DNA from: Alphaproteobacteria bacterium
GTDB lineage: Bacteria > Pseudomonadota > Alphaproteobacteria > GCA-2731375
Assembly (NCBI GenBank): GCA_965225945.1
Contig: CBDDBZ010000036.1
Coordinates: forward strand, 32,001-96,000
Direction of reading: 5' to 3'
Length of the DNA: 64,000 nt
Translations under genes and position numbers: made by a program
Part shown: piece after piece, positions 43,600 to 54,752 of the stretch
Position numbering within the stretch: position 1 is the stretch's first letter
How the letters are laid out: each line of letters begins with the position of its first letter
The notes under the pieces: model-generated
What the model was told of the DNA's origin: nothing
The model's database searches: none
What the model saw: the letters and a program-made list of their open reading frames with translations, nothing else

Positions 43600-44052
43600 A
43601 TGTCGAGGCGCGTTGTCTTCGCCCTGGTGACGGGTCTCGCCGTCGTTATTGGCGCTTGTGCCGCCGTGCCGCCCGGGGTGGCCGAGGCCGAGACGCCGCA
43701 GCCGAACCTGGTCGCCGGCGTGCGCGCGCTCGAGGCCCGCGACTTCGAGGCCGCCCGCCGCCAGTTGGAGCGCGCGATCGTCGCCGACCCGAAGAGCTCG
43801 GAGGCCTATTTCAGGCTCGGGCAATCGCATCGCGGGCTGGGCGATCTGGATCGCGCCCTGAAGTACATGCGTCTCGCGCTGCAGATCGAGCCGAACAACT
43901 TCCCCGCTCTCAGCGAGCGTGGTGATACCCTGCTCGCGGCCGGCAAGGTGGAGGAGGCGCGGGCGGCCCTGGCGGACCTGGAAAGCCGCTGCGGCGAGAC
44001 TTGCCCCGAGTCCCAGTCCCTGCAAAAGGCCATCGACGCCCATAAGGAATGA
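43600..44052 (+). CDS. Exported TPR protein
   Basis: Hydrophobic N-terminus, TPR pattern EAYFRLG...ALQIEPNN. Confidence 0.85.
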   Translation: MSRRVVFALVTGLAVVIGACAAVPPGVAEAETPQPNLVAGVRALEARDFEAARRQLERAIVADPKSSEAYFRLGQSHRGLGDLDRALKYMRLALQIEPNNFPALSERGDTLLAAGKVEEARAALADLESRCGETCPESQSLQKAIDAHKE

Positions 44053-44136
44053 CCGCATCCGACACATCGACGGCCAGATGAGGCCAGATGAGGCCGGATG
44101 AAGCCGGATGAGCGGAGAATGCGATAGCTCGAGGCC

Positions 44137-45681
44137 ATGAGCGAATATGTCCTGATCATCGACTTCGGCTCGCAGGTGACGCAACTGATCGCGCGACGCG
44201 TGCGCGAGAACGGCGTCTATTGCGAGATCGCGCCGTTCGATCGCGCACGCGCGGCGCTAGAACGCCGCCGGCCGAAAGCGGTCATCCTCTCCGGTGGCCC
44301 CGCCTCCGTCACCGAGGCGGCCCCGCCCCGGGCGCCGGGCGAGGTGTTCGAGCTCGGCGTGCCGGTGCTGGGCATCTGCTATGGACAGCAGACCCTCTGC
44401 GCGCAATTGGGCGGCGAGGTCGAGGCCTCGAGCCGGCGCGAGTTCGGCCGCGCCGAGATCGAGGTGATCGCCGCTTCGCCCCTCTTCGACGGCGTCTGGT
44501 CGCCGGGCGGCCGCCAAACCGTGTGGATGAGCCACGGCGATTCCGTGACCCGGCTGCCGGAGGGATTTCGGGTGACGGCGCGGAGCGAGGGCGCCCCTTT
44601 CGCCGTGATCGCCGACGAGGCTCGGCGCTTCTACGGCACCATGTTCCATCCCGAGGTCGTGCACACGCCCGAAGGCGGTCGTCTGCTGCGGAACTTTACC
44701 CACGCCATCGCCGGCTGCGCGGGGACTTGGAGCATGGCGGCGTTCCTCGAGGCCGCGATCGTGCGGGTTCGCGATCAGGTGGGGGCGGCGCGGGTGATCT
44801 GCGGCCTCTCGGGCGGGGTCGATTCCTCGGTAACGGCGGCCCTGCTGCACCGCGCGCTGGGCGATTCGCTCACCTGCGTCTTCGTCGACACCGGCCTGCT
44901 GCGCGAAGGCGAGGCGGCCGAGGTGGTCGAGCTGTTTCGCGATCACCATAACATCCCGCTGATTCACCGGGACGCGAGCGAGGCCTTCCTGGGCGCGCTC
45001 GGTGGCGTCGAGGACCCGGAGGCGAAGCGCAAGATCATCGGCGCCACCTTCATCGACGAGTTCGAGGCGGTGGCGAAAAGCCTCGGCGGGGCCGAGTTCC
45101 TGGCCCAGGGCACGCTCTATCCCGACGTCATCGAATCGGTCTCCTTCACCGGCGGCCCCAGCGTCACGATCAAGAGCCACCACAACGTCGGCGGCCTTCC
45201 GGAACGGATGGCGTTGGATCTGGTGGAGCCGCTGCGCGAATTGTTCAAGGACGAGGTGCGCGACCTCGGGCGCGAGCTCGGCTTGCCGGAAGCTCTGGTC
45301 GGGCGCCATCCGTTCCCGGGGCCCGGCCTCGCCATCCGCGTGCCCGGCGAGATCACCCCCGACAAGCTGGCGACCCTGCGCCGCGCCGACGCGATCTATC
45401 TGGCGGAGATCCGCGCCGCCGGGCTCTACGACGAGATCTGGCAGGCCTTCGCCGTCCTGCTGCCGGTACGTTCCGTCGGCGTGATGGGCGATGCGCGAAC
45501 CTGGGAGCACGCGCTCGCCTTGCGCGCGGTGACCTCGAGCGACGGGATGACGGCGGATTCATACCCCTTCGAGCACGCCTTCCTCGCCCGGGTCGCCACC
45601 CGGATCATCAACGAGGTGGAGGGCATCAACCGGGTGCTCCACGACATCACCTCGAAACCGCCCGGGACCGAGTGGGAATAA
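44137..45681 (+). CDS. guaA: GMP synthase
   Basis: [40 protein letters not shown]. Confidence 0.97.
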   Translation: MSEYVLIIDFGSQVTQLIARRVRENGVYCEIAPFDRARAALERRRPKAVILSGGPASVTEAAPPRAPGEVFELGVPVLGICYGQQTLCAQLGGEVEASSRREFGRAEIEVIAASPLFDGVWSPGGRQTVWMSHGDSVTRLPEGFRVTARSEGAPFAVIADEARRFYGTMFHPEVVHTPEGGRLLRNFTHAIAGCAGTWSMAAFLEAAIVRVRDQVGAARVICGLSGGVDSSVTAALLHRALGDSLTCVFVDTGLLREGEAAEVVELFRDHHNIPLIHRDASEAFLGALGGVEDPEAKRKIIGATFIDEFEAVAKSLGGAEFLAQGTLYPDVIESVSFTGGPSVTIKSHHNVGGLPERMALDLVEPLRELFKDEVRDLGRELGLPEALVGRHPFPGPGLAIRVPGEITPDKLATLRRADAIYLAEIRAAGLYDEIWQAFAVLLPVRSVGVMGDARTWEHALALRAVTSSDGMTADSYPFEHAFLARVATRIINEVEGINRVLHDITSKPPGTEWE

Positions 45682-45729
45682 TGACGAGTGGGAATAATGA
45701 CGAGTGGGAATAATGACGAGTGGGAATAA
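45669..45729 (+). repeat. 16-bp tandem repeat of the guaA 3' end (cgagtgggaataatga, 3 full plus 1 partial)
   Basis: Direct read. Confidence 0.95.
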
Positions 45730-45735
45730 CGGCCG

Positions 45736-45909
45736 TCAGCTCGGCTCGACGAATTGATAGACGGTCGCGAGAACGCCGATGATGGCGATCCAGATCGCGA
45801 GGTCGCGCCAGATTCGGCCGTGCGTCCGCCACTGCATGTAGCAAGCCGGCCCCAGCAGGGCCAACCAGGCGACGAGATAGAGCAGCCGCTGCCAGTCGTG
45901 CTCGACCAT
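45736..45909 (-). CDS. Small 57-aa two-TM membrane protein
   Basis: MVEHDWQRLLYLVAWLALLG...RDLAIWIAIIGVLATVYQF; below the ORF-track cutoff. Confidence 0.6.
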   Translation of the reverse strand: MVEHDWQRLLYLVAWLALLGPACYMQWRTHGRIWRDLAIWIAIIGVLATVYQFVEPS

Positions 45910-46063
45910 GTTTCACACCTAGCCTCGAATTTTCTTCTTGTCAGGCTTACCTCACGGCTATAGCACGCGGGAGGGGCGGGCGCGCGCCATGACGGCGGCT
46001 ACGACTTGCCGGAAACCGGGCGCCTATATAGGTTGACGCGGCGCTTCCCAAGGAGAGCGATTC

Positions 46064-46714
46064 GTGGCCGATATCTTCCATGAGATCGACGAGGCGGTAC
46101 GCCACGACCGATTTCAGAAACTCTGGAAGCGGTATGGCGTCTACGTCTATATCGTCGCCGTCGCGCTCGTTCTCGGCACCGGCGGCAAGGCCGCCTGGCG
46201 ACACTATCAGGAGCAGTCGCGCCTCGCCGATTCCCTGCGCTATTTCGAGGCCTCGGCCTTGCTGGCAGCGGAGAAGGAGAGCGCTGCCATCAACGCCTTC
46301 ACCGCGCTCGCGGACGAGGCGGGCGATGGCTACGGCGTGATCGCCCGGCTCCGCGAGGCGGCGGCGCGGGCCGAGCATGGCGACGCGAGCGGCGCCGTCC
46401 TAGCCTATGACCGGCTAGCCGACGACGACGGCGTGGCGTCGCTCTACCGCGATCTCGCCCGCCTCCTGGCGGCGATGCGGCTGGTCGACGAGGGCGCGCC
46501 GGGGGAGGTGGAGAAGCGCTTGGCGCCGCTGTTGGAGGGCGACAATGTCTGGCGACATTCCGCCCGCGAAATCGAGGCCGTCCTGGCACTCCACCAGGGA
46601 CGTCGCCAGGACGCGATCAGCGGTCTCCAGGCGTTGATCGAGGATGGCGACACGCCGACGGGCACGCGGGCGCGGGCCCGACAACTCCTGTCGGCCTTGA
46701 CGGACGGGAGCTGA
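46064..46714 (+). CDS. YfgM-like TPR membrane protein
   Basis: DIFHEIDEAVR..R...LWKRYG, single TM; synteny with bamB-der. Confidence 0.88.
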   Translation: MADIFHEIDEAVRHDRFQKLWKRYGVYVYIVAVALVLGTGGKAAWRHYQEQSRLADSLRYFEASALLAAEKESAAINAFTALADEAGDGYGVIARLREAAARAEHGDASGAVLAYDRLADDDGVASLYRDLARLLAAMRLVDEGAPGEVEKRLAPLLEGDNVWRHSAREIEAVLALHQGRRQDAISGLQALIEDGDTPTGTRARARQLLSALTDGS

Positions 46715-46721
46715 GCGAGCC

Positions 46722-48059
46722 ATGCACGGCGGACGAATTAGCCTTCTCGGGGCCGGCGCCGTTGCGCTGCTATTGCTCGGCGGCTGCGACACGTTGAGCG
46801 ACTGGATGGGTGAATCAGAGGATCCACCGCTTCCCGGTCAGCGGGTCTCGGTGCTCAGGCTGGAGCAGACGCTGGAGCCGGATCCGGGGATCTCGGATCT
46901 CGCGGTGAAGCTGCCGCCGCCGTGGCGCAACGCGGTTTGGCCGCAGGCCGACGGATTTTCCAACCACGCCATGCACCACCTGGAGCTGGGCGGCGAATTG
47001 AAGACCGTCTGGCAACGCGACGCCGGCGAGGGATCGAGCGGCTCGACGCGCCTGCTGTCTCGCCCCGTGGTCGCCGAGGGGCGGGTCTATGTCTTCGATG
47101 CGGAAAGCAACGTGGCCGCCTTCGATGCGAGTGACGGCAAGCCTCTGTGGCGGATCGACCTGACGCCGGAAGAGGAGGATTCGGGCGCGCTCGGCGGTGG
47201 CATCGCCTGGGACGGCGGCCGCATCTTCGCGGCGACGGGTTACGGCGAGGTCGTGGCCCTCGACGCGGCCAGCGGCGAGGTCGTCTGGCACCAGCGGCTC
47301 GGCACGCCCTTCCGCGTGGCCCCGGCGGCGGCCGATGGGCGGGTCTTCGCCATCGGCGTCGACAACCGGACCCATGCGCTGGCCGCCGCCGACGGCCGCC
47401 CGTTATGGGAACATTCGGGCATCGCGGAAGAGGCGGGACTGATCGGCGGTGCCGCGCCCGCGATCGACGGCCCCATCGTCGTCTCCGCCTATTCCTCGGG
47501 CGAGTTGTTCGCGCTCCGGGTGGAAAACGGCCGTCCCATTTGGCAGGACCAGCTCGTTCGGATCGCCCGTTTCACGCCGCTCGCGGTGTTGAGCGAGATC
47601 AGGGGCTCGCCGGTGATCGATCGCGGCCTCGTCATCGCGGTCAGCCATTCGGGCCGCATGGTCGCGGTCGACCTCAGGACCGGCACCCGGGTCTGGGAGA
47701 TCGACGTCGAGGGGGTGGAGACGCCCTGGGTTGCCGGCGACTTCATCTTCACCGTCTCTACCCAGGGCGAAATTCTCTGCATCTCGCGCCGCGACGGGCG
47801 AATTCGTTGGGTGACCCAATTGCAGCGCTTCGAGCAGGAGGACGGCGGCGGCGATCCGGTGCAATGGGCCGGCCCGGTGCTCGCCGGCGATCGGTTGGTG
47901 CTGGTCTCCAGCCACGGCCGGGCGGTGGCGATCTCGCCCTATACCGGCAAGTTGATCGGCCGCCTCCCGCTCGGCGGTGCCGCACTACTGGCGCCGGTGG
48001 TGGCCGACGCGACCCTCTATATCCTGACCGACGACGCCAATCTCGCGGCGCTGCGCTGA
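46722..48059 (+). CDS. bamB: BamB-like PQQ-repeat beta-propeller lipoprotein
   Basis: LGGC lipobox, repeated A.D...G...W blades. Confidence 0.8.
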   Translation: MHGGRISLLGAGAVALLLLGGCDTLSDWMGESEDPPLPGQRVSVLRLEQTLEPDPGISDLAVKLPPPWRNAVWPQADGFSNHAMHHLELGGELKTVWQRDAGEGSSGSTRLLSRPVVAEGRVYVFDAESNVAAFDASDGKPLWRIDLTPEEEDSGALGGGIAWDGGRIFAATGYGEVVALDAASGEVVWHQRLGTPFRVAPAAADGRVFAIGVDNRTHALAAADGRPLWEHSGIAEEAGLIGGAAPAIDGPIVVSAYSSGELFALRVENGRPIWQDQLVRIARFTPLAVLSEIRGSPVIDRGLVIAVSHSGRMVAVDLRTGTRVWEIDVEGVETPWVAGDFIFTVSTQGEILCISRRDGRIRWVTQLQRFEQEDGGGDPVQWAGPVLAGDRLVLVSSHGRAVAISPYTGKLIGRLPLGGAALLAPVVADATLYILTDDANLAALR

Positions 48060-48067
48060 AGCGAACC

Positions 48068-49402
48068 ATGTCCTTCACCGTCGTCATCGTCGGCCGACCG
48101 AACGTCGGCAAGTCGACGCTGTTCAACCGCCTGGTCGGCAGGCGACTGGCGCTGGTCGACGACACCCCCGGCCTCACGCGTGATCGGCGCGAGGGCGAGG
48201 CGCGGCTCGGCCCGCTCGACTTCGCCGTGATCGATACCGCCGGACTGGCGGACGAGAGCGAGGCTTCGCTCGAGGGCCGCATGCGCCTGCAGACCGAGGC
48301 CGCCCTGCTGGAGGCCGATCTGGCGCTGATGGTGATCGACGCGCGCGCCGGCGTGACTCCGCTCGACGCCCACTTCGCCCGTTGGCTGCAACGCCACGAG
48401 ACCCCGATCGTGCTGGTCGCCAACAAGGCGGAGCGGGGCGACGTCGGCGTCGTCCTGGCGGAGGCGCATGGCCTCGGCCTGGGCGAACCGGTGGCGGTTT
48501 CCGCCGCCCATGGGGAGGGTCTGGTCGAGCTGCACGACGCCATCGCCGCCGTCCAGCCCGAGGGCGGGGACGGACGGCGTGAAAACGACCCCGACGCGCC
48601 CTTGCGGCTCGCCGTGCTCGGTCGCCCCAACGCTGGCAAGTCGACCCTGATCAACCACCTTTTGGGGCGCGATCGGATGCTCACCGGGCCGGAGCCCGGG
48701 ATTACCCGCGATGCGATATCGATAGACTGGCTGTGGCGGAACCGTCGCATCCGCCTGGTCGACACCGCCGGCCTCCGGCGCCGGGCGCGGGTGAGCGATC
48801 GGTTGGAGAAGCTCTCGCGCGAGGATGCGATCCGGGCCATGGGCTTCGCCGAACTCGTGGTTCTCTTGACCGAGGCCGTGGCGCCCCTGGAGCGCCAGGA
48901 TCTCGTCATTGCCCGCCAGATCCTGGACGAGGGCCGCGCGCTGGTGGTCGGTCTCGCCAAGTGGGACCTGATCGGGGATCGGGCCGGCGCCATGCGGCTC
49001 GCGGTGGACCGCTCGCAGCGTTCGATCTCCCAGGCCCGCGGGCTCTCGCTCTGTCCCGTCTCCGGCCTCACCGGCGAGGGCGTCGAGGGGCTGATGGCGG
49101 AAATCGTTCGGGTCCACGAACGCTGGTGCCGGCGCTTGCCGACGGCGAGGCTCAATCAGTGGCTGGAGGAGATGATCGCCCGCCATCCGCCACCGCTCAC
49201 GCCGGGCGGGCGGCGCGTGCGGCTGCGCTACATGACGCAGCCCAAGGCCCGGCCGCCGACCTTCGCGATCTTCACCAACCGTCCGGCGGAGTTGCCGGAT
49301 TCCTACCTTCGATTTCTCGGCAACGGTCTGCGCGACGCCTTCGACCTCGACGGCGTGCCGCTCCGCCTCAACTTGCGGCGCGGCGCCAATCCCTACGCTT
49401 GA
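48068..49402 (+). CDS. der: Ribosome biogenesis GTPase Der
   Basis: Two G domains (GRPNVGKS, GRPNAGKS, DTAG). Confidence 0.96.
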   Translation: MSFTVVIVGRPNVGKSTLFNRLVGRRLALVDDTPGLTRDRREGEARLGPLDFAVIDTAGLADESEASLEGRMRLQTEAALLEADLALMVIDARAGVTPLDAHFARWLQRHETPIVLVANKAERGDVGVVLAEAHGLGLGEPVAVSAAHGEGLVELHDAIAAVQPEGGDGRRENDPDAPLRLAVLGRPNAGKSTLINHLLGRDRMLTGPEPGITRDAISIDWLWRNRRIRLVDTAGLRRRARVSDRLEKLSREDAIRAMGFAELVVLLTEAVAPLERQDLVIARQILDEGRALVVGLAKWDLIGDRAGAMRLAVDRSQRSISQARGLSLCPVSGLTGEGVEGLMAEIVRVHERWCRRLPTARLNQWLEEMIARHPPPLTPGGRRVRLRYMTQPKARPPTFAIFTNRPAELPDSYLRFLGNGLRDAFDLDGVPLRLNLRRGANPYA

Positions 49403-49546
49403 GGGCGTTCAAGCGGGATTATTTTGGTTCTTCGCGGAATTGCGTGGAAGGGAAGGCGCCTGGTTTCGCCCTTACAACTCATGGTGGAGGAGTCGCCCGG
49501 CGCCACCGGCCACGACATCTTCGCGGGCGGTCGCGGACCAAATAAC

Positions 49547-49785
49547 GGTCGCGGCCCGCCCCGTTTTTCTTTTTCTCTTCTTTAGTGTGTCGAGGGGCCC
49601 TCCAGCTTCGCTTCCGGAGTGTGTCGAGGGGGGCGCTGCGGCGGCGAAAAGGGGCACTCATAGTGCCTCAAAATCGCCCGAAAATGAATGCTTTTCGCCT
49701 AAAATGAATGCTTTTGCTTCGCTCGGAGCCTAAATGACGACCCGAGCGGTGGGTTTCCCGCGGCGCCGGGAGGGCCGGTCTCGTT
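49547..49785 (+). repeat. Dispersed composite intergenic repeat, copy 2
   Basis: Colinear with 33903-35312 once the IS is removed. Confidence 0.8.
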
Positions 49786-49976
49786 CGCAGGTTTAGGGAT
49801 CAGGTCTTGCATATTGCATTGGCCTGTCGTGGGTGGCGAGGCGTTCCCCGGCGGCCTCCGCGAGGCGGCGCGGACGGCGCGTTCGGAAGTTCCGCTGACG
49901 GGCGCCGCGCCGGAAACTCTCGACGCCCTCTGTGAGCGCGATCGCGCGGAAGGGTTGGCGCGCAAAAGGGGTCAGA

Positions 49977-50203
49977 AAAGGGGTCATTCTGCTTTTTGGG
50001 CCGTTCCGCCGAATAAAGTACAATGAGGGGTCCCTTTTTCCTTTCGGAGGTGGCGGAGCCGGCTGGAGGTGTCGCCGTCGACGTTCTACAGGCATCTGCC
50101 GGGCGGGCGTGGGGCGTCGCAATCAGTGGCCGCGATCCTCGGAATGCGCCTGGGGAAAAGGGGTCATTCTGCTTTTTGGTCCGTTCCGCCGAATAAAGTA
50201 TAA
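49977..50203 (+). repeat. Two copies of a REP-like unit (aaaggggtcattctgctttttgg.ccgttccgccgaataaagta.aa)
   Basis: 49977-50023 and 50157-50203; the second closes with tgaccc at 52669 once two ISs are removed. Confidence 0.85.
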
Positions 50204-51229
50204 CCTGCTTATCCCTGAAAGTCATCCGGCGATGAGGCGGCGATAGGGCAAGGGCTCGGTGCGTGCGGCGCTATGGACGAAACGCGGGATCATGGTTTCG
50301 AGTTGATAGCGCCGGTTGTAGCGCCAGGCGAAACTGGCGAGGTAGCGCCCGGCGTGATCGGGGCCGAGCTGGCGATAGGTCCCGGTGATCGCGCTCTTGA
50401 TGTTGCCGAGCGTCGTGTTCACCCATTTGAACGGCGCCCTGCGGGCCGCCTGTCGGCCCGACCCGGTGCGGATCGCCTGGTGGCTGCAGGCGGCTTCGTC
50501 GAGTGCGCTCCAGCAGCCCAGGCCGTCCGTCACAACCGCTGCTCCGGGGGCCAGCCAGTGGTTGGCGCCGCGCGCGATCTCGCGCTTGCGGAAGCCCTTG
50601 ACCGGCGCCAGCTTCAGCTTGCGCGGGCGCCCCTCGGGACTGGTCGAGACCGCCGCCACGAAGGGCGTTTTGCCCGCCGCGCCGCGGCCCCGCTTGCCGC
50701 CGGAGCGCACCCCGCCGAGATAGGCGTCGTCCATCTCGACCCGCCCCGTAAGCGCCGTCTCCCCCTCGCGCCGCGCCATCACCGCCATGATCTTGTGCTG
50801 CACGGTCCAGGCCGTCGGCTGCTTGACCCCGAGACGGCGGCCGAGTTCCACCGACGAGATGCCGTTCTTCGCCGTCACGATCAGGTGGATGGCGGCGAAC
50901 CAGAGTGTCAGCGGCAGCTTGGTCGCGTGGAAGATCGTGCCCGCCGTCGGCGATGTCTGCTTCTTGCACCGGTTGCATTGATAGAGACCCCGACCCGCCA
51001 GCACGCAATGCTCCCGATGGCCGCAGCAGGGGCAGACGAAGCCGTCCGGCCAGCGTAGCCGGAGCAGCGCCGTGCGGCACTGCTCCTCGGTGCCGAAGGC
51101 CTCCCGAAACGCCTCGTCGCTCAGACCACGCACGCGCGATGCAACCTTGAACCTCATATCCGTGACCCCCTCATACGGAACATATTGAGAACATATACCT
51201 CCTCGGACGGAGTGTCACGGATAAGCAGG
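50204..51229 (-). mobile_element. IS1595-family (ISSod11-like) element, transposase 50222-51157
   Basis: CCTGCTTATCC IRs, 8-bp TSD AAGTATAA; EMDDAY. Confidence 0.93.
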
Positions 51230-51237
51230 AAGTATAA

Positions 51238-52664
51238 TGGACCGCACCCCTGTCCTGACACAGAGAAATGAGTGACAGTTCTTCCGAGGAGGAACTGATG
51301 GAACGAAAAGGTGCACGGCGTTTCAGCCGAGACTTCAAGCTGTCGGCGCTGGCGCGGATGGAGTCGGGCGAGAACGTCTCGGCGCTGTCACGCGAGCTCG
51401 AGGTCCGGCGCAAGCTGCTCTACGAGTGGCGCGATGCCTACCGAGCGGGCGGCGCGGAGGCCTTGCGCCCGCCCGGCCGGCCCAGAAAGGGAAGCACGGT
51501 CGTCGGAGGGAGGCGGGCGCAAGGCCTCCGCGCCGGGTCCGAAAGTGCTGTTCCGGCGGTCCGGCCGGATGCCCTGAGCCTGGCGCGCCGGCGGATCGCC
51601 GAGCTGGAGCGGAAGGTCGGCCAGCAGGCCTTGGAAGCGGATTTTTTCAGGCAAGCCTTGCGGCTCTCGGAGAGCTGCCGCGGAGCGAACGGTCGCTCTG
51701 GCGGGAGCGCGTCTTCGGCCTCGTCCGGGCCGGGTCGCGGCGGCAAGGCGGATTGAGCATGGGACGGATGTGCGATCTGATGGGGCTGAGCCGATCGAGC
51801 TTTCACCGCCATTGGCGGGCATCGAGGCCGAGGGCTGAGGAAACGGCGTTACGCGATAAGCTCCAGCGCCTGGCGATCGACAACAAACATTACGGCTATC
51901 GGCGGATCGGGGCGCTGTTGCGGCGCGAGGGCTGGAGCGTCAACCACAAGCGGGTGCTGCGTTTGATGCGCGAGGACAATCTGCTATGCCTGCGTCGACG
52001 GAGCTTCGCGCCGGCTACCACGGACTCGAAGCATAGCTATCGGATCTATCCCAGCCTGGCGCGCCGGTTGGAGACGACGGCCCCCAACCAGCTCTGGGTC
52101 GCCGACATCACCTATGTTCGCTTGCTGGAGGGCTTCGCCTATCTGGCGGTCGTGCTCGATGCGCACAGCCGGCGCGTCATCGGCTGGGCCTTGGCCGATC
52201 ATCTGAAGGCGAGCCTGACGCTGGCGGCCTTGGATATGGCGCTTCTGGAGCGCGAGGTGATCCCCGATGGCCTGGTGCATCACTCCGATCGCGGCGTTCA
52301 ATATGCCTCCGGCGACTACATCGCCCGCCTGGAGGCCCATGGCATCCTGCCCTCGATGAGCCGGATCGCCTGCCCTTACGACAACGCCATGGCGGAGAGC
52401 TTCATGAAGACCTTGAAGACAGAGGAGGTTGAGGGCAGGCCCTACCGGGACATCGCCCACGCCGAGAGCGACATCGCCAGCTTCATCAAAGAGGTCTACA
52501 ACACGCTGTCGCGCTGGCAGACGCGCCTCCACTCGGCGCTTCGATACCTATCACCAGAGGAGTTCGAAAACACCATCATCACCCCAGAGACCGCCGCCCG
52601 GCGGGCGCTGGAAATGACAACCAACTGTCCCTGATTCTTTGTGTCATCCAGGGGGTGCACTCCA
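51238..52664 (+). mobile_element. IS3-family element, copy B (orfA 51268-51756; orfB to 52634 with a 15-bp in-frame insertion)
   Basis: TGGA...TCCA IRs, 4-bp TSD ATAA. Confidence 0.93.
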
Positions 52665-52900
52665 ATAATGACCCTTTTTTCTATGATTGGCCGCCGCCCT
52701 CCCGGCCACGCGACCTGCGGGGACGCGGCGCGCCCATGGCGTCAGCCACCAGGGGTTGGACCCGACACCGGGAGCCACGAGATCTGTGATGATCCCCATT
52801 GGAGGCGGCATGGCACAAGAGGATTTCTGGGGCGCCACCGGGCGCCAGGGACCCTGCCTCGAGCGGCGGTCCGCCGAGCGGGGGAACGGTCTTGATCCTG

Positions 52901-53169
52901 ATGGGTGAGGGGTGCGCGCTTCATCCGCCGACACCAAACCCGAAGAAATCCAGCATGCGACGCCGCAAGGAGGGAGCGAGGAGAACGAAACAACCTGCCG
53001 GCACATCGCCGGAGGAAAGGAAAGATGCGCGCTCTTGCAAACAGAGGCCTTGAATGGGTGAGGGGTGCGCGCTTTCCGCCGACACCAAACCCGAAGAAAT
53101 GGAACGAAACAACCTGCCGGCACATCGCCGGAGGAAAGGAAAGATGCGCGCTCTTGCAAACAGAGGCCT
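52901..53169 (+). repeat. Tandem duplication of a ~150-bp unit, second copy internally deleted
   Basis: atgggtgaggggtgcgcgct...gcaaacagaggcct at 52901-53050 and 53054-53169. Confidence 0.9.
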
Positions 53170-53174
53170 AATGG

Positions 53175-54737
53175 TTGACCCCTGGCCTTTGACCCCTGGC
53201 CTTTGACCCCTGGCCTTTGACCCCTGGCCTTTGACCCCTGGTGAGTCGGACCCGATTTCCTTGGACACAGAATTGGCTTAATCGAAGTGTCCAAGGAGGA
53301 CCGGAACATGACCGACAATTTTGAGAACAAAGTTGCTGTTGATGGGCCTGTGGTAAACGAGGGCGAGCTTGGCTCGTCCACGTTTTCCCCGGGCCAGGTT
53401 TCGCCGGCAGGCCCGCTGGGACTTGGCCAGCGGTGGACGGTGACGCGCAAGCGTGAGGTTGCCCTGCGGCTTTTGCGTGGCGAGCCGGTGGAACTTTTGT
53501 CGCGGCAGTTGGGCGTGGAGATTTTCCGGCTCGAGCAGTGGCGTGAGAAGGCGATCGCCGGGATCGATGCCTCGCTCAAGGAACGCAAGGGCGATCCGGT
53601 AAAGGCGGAACTGGACATCGCCATGAAGCGGATCGGGGAGTTGATCATGCAGGTGGAACTGCTGGAGGCCAAGACGGAGACGTCCGGCCCTTTGGGGCGG
53701 CGGAGGTCGCGGCGATGAGTGCCGCCACCTCTCCCGGCACGGGTTTGGCCTACGGCCTCCAGCGGGTCTGTGCGGCCTGGGGTTTTGCCCGTTCCTCGTT
53801 CTACGCCATGAAATCCCGGCAGCAGGCCACCGCTGAGCGCCCACCAGCAAAGCGCCGGGGACCGAAGCCCTCGATCTCGGACGAGGCTCTGCTGGTGGCC
53901 ATCGAGGCCGACCTGGAGGCATCCCCCTGGGAGGGCGAGGGACACCGCAAGGTCTGGGCTCGGCTTCGGGTCTGTCGTGGCATCCGTGTTTCCCGCAAGC
54001 GGGTGCTCCGGGTGATGCGCGAGAACAACCTGCTCTCGCCCCATCGCTGCCGCCGCCGTGGCGGAAATCCCCATGTCGGTGAGATCATCACCCATGCCCC
54101 CAACCTCATGTGGGGCACGGACGGCGTTCGGGTGTTCACGGTGGACGACGGCTGGGGCTGGATATTCACCGCCATCGAGCATTGGAACGCCGAGTGCGTC
54201 GGCTGGCATGTGTGCAAGCGAGGCGACCGCTTCGCCGCCCTTCAGCCGATCTCCATGGGGCTTGCGAGGCTGTATGCCTCGACCTCCGCCGGTGCGGCGC
54301 GGGGGCTGGCCTTGCGGATGGATCACGGCTCCCAGTATCTGTCGGACCACTTCACCAACCAGATCAAGTTCTGGGGCATCCAGCCGTCCTACGCCTTCGT
54401 CGAACAGCCCCAGACCAACGGCGTCGCCGAGAGGTTCAATCGCACGCTCAAGGAACAGATCATCCATGGCCGCATCTACCGCAACATCGCGGAGCTGCGG
54501 AACGCCGTCCGCGGGTTCGTCGAACAGTACAATGCCCAGTGGATCGTGGAGAAGAACGGCTACCTGAGCCCCGCTCAAGCTCGTCAGGCGTGGCACACCG
54601 CGATGTCACTCAGGCCCGCCGCATGAGACAAACTTGTGTCCAAGGAACCGGGTGCGATACACCTTTGACCCCTGGCCTGTGACCCCTGGCCTTTGACCCT
54701 TGGCCTGTGACCCCTGGCCTGTGACCCCTGGCCTGTG
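53175..54737. repeat. 14-bp tandem array cct(t/g)tgacccctgg, about 10 units, split by an IS
   Basis: Units at 53175-53241 and 54662-54737. Confidence 0.93.
53242..54661 (+). mobile_element. IS3-like element, 1420 bp, copy 2 (orfA 53287-53718, orfB 53715-54626)
   Basis: Identical proteins to copy 1; flanked by cctttgacccctgg on both sides. Confidence 0.93.
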
Positions 54738-54752
54738 AATCGACACTAAAGA

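Noticed and set aside
22294-54661. Composite transposon or inversion between inverted IS pairs
   Set aside because: Both 1420-bp copies and IS3 copy B keep their own target duplications, so flanks were not exchanged.
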